Shown: in pieces, positions 59,656-64,000 of the stretch
Numbering within the stretch: the stretch's first letter is position 1
How the letters are laid out: each line of letters opens with the position of its first letter
Assembly (NCBI GenBank): GCA_963702095.1
Contig: OY969706.1
Coordinates: 1,856,001-1,920,000, forward strand
Reading direction: 5' to 3'
Length of the DNA stretch: 64,000 nucleotides
DNA from: Candidatus Bathyarchaeota archaeon
Lineage (GTDB): Archaea > Thermoproteota > Bathyarchaeia > Bathyarchaeales > Bathycorpusculaceae
The notes under the pieces: generated by a model
Told to the model about the DNA's origin: nothing
What the model saw: the letters and a program-made list of their open reading frames with translations, nothing else
The model's database searches: none
Position numbers and translations under genes: made by a program

Positions 59656-61164
59656 TTACATGCCTTGTTTTAGTCTTCGGTAGGTTGTGTAGTCTACGTA
59701 TTCTATGAATGGGTTTTCTGCTAGGAATTTGACGGTGATTTTTTGGCGGCTGCGTTTTTCTGGTAGTTGGCTGGTGGTGTGGAGTAAGTATGCGTCGCTG
59801 CCTGCGCCTGAACCGTAACTGGTAACCAAGATTCGCTCGTCTGGCTTAGCAATATCCAAAATTGCCGCTAACCCAATCAACGAGGCGCCGCTGTAGGTGT
59901 TGCCGAACTTTGTCATCTGAATCGCAGGCATGAACTGTTCGTCTTTGAAGCCTAAGTCTCTTGCAACCCGCACGGGGAACGTTGGGTTGGGTTGGTGGGG
60001 CACGAAGTAATTGATGTCGGCTGCTTTGAGGTTGCATTTTTCCATGAGTTTGGCGGCTGCTTTTCGCACGTGTTTGTGGTAGGCGGGGTCGCCTGTGAAT
60101 CTGCCGCCGTGCATGGGGTAGGGTTCGCCGTCACGCCGCCAAAAGTCCGGGGTGTCGCTGGTGCAACTGTACCATCCTTCAACTTCGGCGATTACGTCTT
60201 TTTTGCCGAAAATGTAGGCTGCTCCGCCGTAACCGACGAATGCGTCGAGTTCGCCTCCGGGGCAACCGCGTGGCGCGGCTTGAGAGTTGTCTGCGCCTAT
60301 GACCATGGCGTAGTTTATGTCTGATTTGGGGTAGCTGACCAGTGCGCAGGCGTCTTTGAACACGCTTGAAGCGGCTTTGCATGCGAATTCCGTGTCGACT
60401 GCGTCTACGTCTTGGACGTCGCCGTCTTCTTTGCCGAGTTGGAGAACCTGCGCGACTTTAGCTGCTATCGGCTTAACGGCATAGGGGTTGGATTCGCTGC
60501 CAGCGTAGACTTTTCCAATCAACGCGCTGTCAAGGCCCGAGTGAATTAACGCCAATTTCCCAGCTTCAACTGCGGCGGTCACCGAGTCTTCGTCGATGAA
60601 GGGAACTGCGCGTTCCAAGCTATCCTCTTTGATTCGGAACCGCGAGGAATATGCGCCGTAGCCGACGATGCCTGGCAAATCGTAGTCTTTGGCGGGTTGG
60701 ATTACTTTGTATTCTTGGTGGGGGTAGTATTCGTCTGCCAATGTGAAGGCTAGGGAAATAGTGGGGACAACATCGCCTTTTCCCACGGAGTAGCGTCGTC
60801 GGAAGCGGGGCACAACTTCTCTGCCCTCTAAGCTTGCGAGGTCGATTTTGCCGCCGTCGCATACCAGTTGGTCGGTTATTCTGGCGGGGACACGTATTTT
60901 GCCGTCGTGGAAAGAAACGATGCCGTAGACGAAGCTGTTGAGTTTGGCGAATTTGTTGGTGGGTTCGTTTATGTAGGTGCAGAGTTCAAGGGTGCCTTTG
61001 TCGTAGAAGAGGTCGATGCTGTCCATTTTGCCGTAGCTTTTACGACCGCAGTTGCTGCAGTAATCGCGGACTTCAAAGTATTCTTTGCCGCAGCATTGGC
61101 ACCGACAAGCCTTCAACCGGTCGCCCAAATACGATACGCGTCTCTCGATTGGTTCACTGCTCAT
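59656..61164 (-). CDS. HMG-CoA synthase fused to an N-terminal DUF35 (Zn-ribbon/OB) domain
   Basis: CQCCG..YCSNCG plus OB fold ending PRFRR; then GSESNPYAVKP, EFACKA, DTPDFWRR, HQPN, GNTYSG, SYGSGAGSD. Confidence 0.9.
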   Translation of the reverse strand: MSSEPIERRVSYLGDRLKACRCQCCGKEYFEVRDYCSNCGRKSYGKMDSIDLFYDKGTLELCTYINEPTNKFAKLNSFVYGIVSFHDGKIRVPARITDQLVCDGGKIDLASLEGREVVPRFRRRYSVGKGDVVPTISLAFTLADEYYPHQEYKVIQPAKDYDLPGIVGYGAYSSRFRIKEDSLERAVPFIDEDSVTAAVEAGKLALIHSGLDSALIGKVYAGSESNPYAVKPIAAKVAQVLQLGKEDGDVQDVDAVDTEFACKAASSVFKDACALVSYPKSDINYAMVIGADNSQAAPRGCPGGELDAFVGYGGAAYIFGKKDVIAEVEGWYSCTSDTPDFWRRDGEPYPMHGGRFTGDPAYHKHVRKAAAKLMEKCNLKAADINYFVPHQPNPTFPVRVARDLGFKDEQFMPAIQMTKFGNTYSGASLIGLAAILDIAKPDERILVTSYGSGAGSDAYLLHTTSQLPEKRSRQKITVKFLAENPFIEYVDYTTYRRLKQGM

Positions 61165-62363
61165 TGCTTCTTCTCCCCAAAAATAGTAACATAAGCCTTA
61201 GTTCCAAAACCCTCAAACTCCACAACTCCCCCATGCCGCAATCCATTGGGCACAGTGATTTGGCGTTCAGCTGCTTCTCCGCGGAGCTGACGGAAAACCT
61301 CAAACACCTGCGCTCCACCCGTGGCGCCCAAGGGGTTGCCGTCTGCTTTTAAGCCGCCGTCCGTGTTAACATACACCTCTTTGCCGCCCAACTCGTAGCA
61401 TAGTTCCCCATTTTGGCTGCTTTCATAGATGCTTTTCCAAGCGGTTCCGGATGCTGCCAAGCCGAGGTCTTCAAGCGAAACCATCTCCATAACGGTAGAT
61501 TGGTCGTTTAATTCAATAAGCTGCAGATCTGAAGGTGCAACTCCAGCGGTTATGGAGGCTTTTTTCATGGCTAACTGGGCAGCAACGAAGCTTGAGAGGT
61601 CTTCTCTTGCGGGGTAATTGAGGTAGTCGGTTGCTGCACCGCAGGCTAACACGTAGATAGGGCGGTTAGTCATTTTGTTAGCGACTGTTTCACTGGTTAA
61701 CACAAGTGCTGTGGCTCCGTCTGAGATGGGTGCGAAGTCGTAGAGCCCAAGCGGTTTATGGGCTGCTTTACGTGCGTTGAGCACTTGGTCGATGGTGATT
61801 TTTCTTTGGAACTGGGCATACTTGTTTTTGGCGCCGTTAGCATGGTTCTTAACTGAAACCTGCGCCAAGGCAACGTCGAGTTTTTCCTGGTCCTGTCCTG
61901 TTATGCCGTGTTTTTTGATGTAGGCGCGGAGCATTAGTTCATGGTTGGATTCGGGGGTTCCGCCTGCGTAGTAGCTCCAGGGGTCGTCGAGGAGCATGAG
62001 GTCGTCGCGGATTTTGTCCCAGCGGTCTGTCATCTTTTCTATGCCTCCGACTAGCACTGTGTTGTAGACGCCTGCTTCGATTGCGTGGCAAGCGGTCATT
62101 AATGCGGCGCTAAAAGATCGGGTGACCTCCATGGGTACGTGTAACTCGGTTAATTCTGAGAGGAAGCCTTCTTCGAGGCCAAGTTTGTTGGTGATTGGTA
62201 AGAAACAGTCGGACATGTAACAGGCTTCCAAATTTTTGCGTTCCATGTTACATTCTCTGGAGGCGGCTAACCAGGCTTCCTCGATGAGTTTCTCGGGTTC
62301 TTTGCCGTAGTGCTCACCGAACTTGGTTCTGCCAACAGCAACTATGGCTGGGCGTTTCTGCAT
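61161..62363 (-). CDS. Archaeal thiolase-like protein with catalytic motifs degenerate
   Basis: GRTKFG, GGIEKMTD, KNHANGAKNKYAQF, APISDGA, NTDGGLKA; ACASG, HDCF and GHP motifs are absent or replaced. Confidence 0.85.
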   Translation of the reverse strand: MQKRPAIVAVGRTKFGEHYGKEPEKLIEEAWLAASRECNMERKNLEACYMSDCFLPITNKLGLEEGFLSELTELHVPMEVTRSFSAALMTACHAIEAGVYNTVLVGGIEKMTDRWDKIRDDLMLLDDPWSYYAGGTPESNHELMLRAYIKKHGITGQDQEKLDVALAQVSVKNHANGAKNKYAQFQRKITIDQVLNARKAAHKPLGLYDFAPISDGATALVLTSETVANKMTNRPIYVLACGAATDYLNYPAREDLSSFVAAQLAMKKASITAGVAPSDLQLIELNDQSTVMEMVSLEDLGLAASGTAWKSIYESSQNGELCYELGGKEVYVNTDGGLKADGNPLGATGGAQVFEVFRQLRGEAAERQITVPNGLRHGGVVEFEGFGTKAYVTIFGEKKQ

Positions 62364-62543
62364 ACTGTTTGCTCCCCTGTTATGGCTGTAAAAATCCTCT
62401 CAAACGACTATTAAGTGTTTGCCATAAACGACGTGAATAGGGGGCTTGTTTTTTTGGGTGTTCTTGGAGGTTTTTGGTTTGGGGTGGTGGTGGTGGCTTC
62501 TACGCTGTTTTTTAGGTTTTTTGTCTTGACGGGTTCTGGTTAG

Positions 62544-62670
62544 TTTTTTCATTATTTGTTGCTGCCGGATGCCCTCTATACACAACAACAACCAGCGGCC
62601 CGTGCAGGCGACCCTGTTTTTGGTTCAGCACCCCCTGTGACTGCAGACTGGTTGTGGCTGAATCTACCCA
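62544..62670 (-). repeat. Dispersed repeat family B
   Basis: ttgttg..ctatacacaacaacaaccagc..ctggttgtggctgaatctac matches 42895-43030; arms ACAACCAG/CTGGTTGT. Confidence 0.7.
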
Positions 62671-62688
62671 TAGAAAGGACCAATGGAC

Positions 62689-63999
62689 TTATCGGCGTCT
62701 CTTAAAGAAAACAACCACGCCAACAACCACACCCACCACAGCAGCCACTAAGGCGCCGATGATGATAAACGCCAAGGGAAAAAGCTCAACGCTAAACGTC
62801 AAGGCTTCAGAAGCACCCATATTGCCATAGGTATCGTTAACGTAGACAGTGACGCTGTGGGAGCCACCGGAAAGCCCCGTCAAAGTAAAGTTACCAGATA
62901 TGGTAACGTTTTGTTGCCCATCGAGGCTATAACCAACCCAATCCACCACCTTATCTACACAAAAAACCAAAGGCACGGTCGAGTTAGTAATAGCCGTCCC
63001 ATTAAGCGACGACTCAAGCACAACATTTGGAGGAGAATGCTCTAAGACATACACAGGATCAGACGAACCATAACCAAACGGTGTATACACTTCATTATAC
63101 CTATCTTGGACGGCTCCATAAATAGGGTCAGGAAAAAGAAAAGGCGTCCCTGCAAAAGCATATAACCTATCTTTTAAAACCGCAACCGTGAGGTAGCATC
63201 TAGCTGTAGGCATCGGTTTGCCAAAGGTCCAATTATTGTTTTTCATATCATACACTTGCACGAGATTTTCAGCCGCATAATCGCCTAAGTGTGATCTGTA
63301 ACCGCCAAAAAGGTAAATTCTTCGGGGCGCCATCTCCCCTGACACAGCAGCCGCACCCGTTCCCATCACCGTAACAGGCACTGAAGCACCTAAGCTCCAC
63401 GAATTATTTGAAGGATCGTAAATCTGAACAAAATTGGTATTTATTTCTCCTATAAGAAAATCATCTTGCCCTCCTATCGCGTAAATTTTGCCTTCACTCA
63501 CTGCCGAACTACAACTAGCAACTGGATAGAGCATTGGCGCTTTAGTAGTCCATGAGTCGTTGGCAACATCGTATACTTCATTCAAAGCACTAGCATGAGG
63601 ATCTGGACTACCTCTTCCCCCGATCAAATAAATCTGACCCCCTATTGCGGCGGCTTCTAGCTGTTCTCTTTTTTCTGGTAACGGCTGTTTAGACTGCCAT
63701 GTATCAGTTGAGGGATCATATACCTCATTTACATCAAGGCTAACTGGGTTTCCATGGTTCCAATCATATCCTCCAATAGCATAAATCTTACCTTGGCAAA
63801 CTGCCATAGCAAACCACATCCTTGATGTAGGCATGGGTGCCTTGGCAGTCCACTTATCCATCTCTGGATCATATTGATAATTGCTCGACCCGCCTATAAC
63901 GTAGATTTTCCCATCCACAACACCCGCTCTACCCCCAACAACAGCGTCTGGCACCGGCGCCGCTGCCCGCCAAGTATTCTCACTATCGGTACCGGCTGA
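62689..63999 (-). CDS. Kelch-repeat surface protein with Ig-like domain and TM anchor, 5' end outside the window
   Basis: Repeated KIYxIGG..EVYDP..W..MP Kelch blades; YSLDGQQNVTI Ig-like domain; TM + KRRR; frame stays open to the window edge. Confidence 0.9.
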   Translation of the reverse strand, partial: SAGTDSENTWRAAAPVPDAVVGGRAGVVDGKIYVIGGSSNYQYDPEMDKWTAKAPMPTSRMWFAMAVCQGKIYAIGGYDWNHGNPVSLDVNEVYDPSTDTWQSKQPLPEKREQLEAAAIGGQIYLIGGRGSPDPHASALNEVYDVANDSWTTKAPMLYPVASCSSAVSEGKIYAIGGQDDFLIGEINTNFVQIYDPSNNSWSLGASVPVTVMGTGAAAVSGEMAPRRIYLFGGYRSHLGDYAAENLVQVYDMKNNNWTFGKPMPTARCYLTVAVLKDRLYAFAGTPFLFPDPIYGAVQDRYNEVYTPFGYGSSDPVYVLEHSPPNVVLESSLNGTAITNSTVPLVFCVDKVVDWVGYSLDGQQNVTISGNFTLTGLSGGSHSVTVYVNDTYGNMGASEALTFSVELFPLAFIIIGALVAAVVGVVVGVVVFFKRRR

Positions 64000-64000
64000 A

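Noticed and set aside
3860-63045. Numerous antisense and nested ORFs in the six-frame track
   Set aside because: Shadow ORFs of well-supported genes on the other strand or frame

Overview
Archaeal chromosomal segment, most likely Bathyarchaeia (inferred from the archaeal tyrS, por, HMG-CoA synthase and PolB2 genes, TATA-type promoters, and PQQ-propeller, Kelch and C-terminally anchored surface proteins). It holds about 48 protein genes: a four-subunit 2-oxoacid:ferredoxin oxidoreductase operon, GH63 and GH15 hydrolases, ychF, a RelE-type toxin-antitoxin pair, tyrS, an 1818-aa Ca-binding-repeat surface protein, an Lrp/amt/permease/P-type ATPase/amt cluster, uvrBA..uvrC, SSB, a PolB2 operon and a thiolase-like/DUF35-HMG-CoA synthase pair. 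There are three tRNAs (Asn, Pro, and a His with a garbled 3' end). No CRISPR array, rRNA, transposase or integrase was seen. Most interesting signals: (1) a membrane-anchored wHTH regulator flanked by two exported-protein genes that share a 16-bp palindrome exactly 9 bp upstream of a TTAA box, one target carrying an HFS autoproteolysis-like motif; (2) a thiolase lacking all canonical catalytic motifs, paired with a DUF35-HMGCS fusion; (3) a 28/30-identical Lrp-type operator/TATA block linking an Amt to an ion permease and P-type ATPase, with no GlnK; (4) two families of dispersed hairpin-forming intergenic repeats; (5) a giant tethered protein with an internal membrane-insertion-like segment. 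Several genes carry small frameshifts in short homopolymers, probably assembly errors. All family assignments are from motif recognition by eye; no database search was run.
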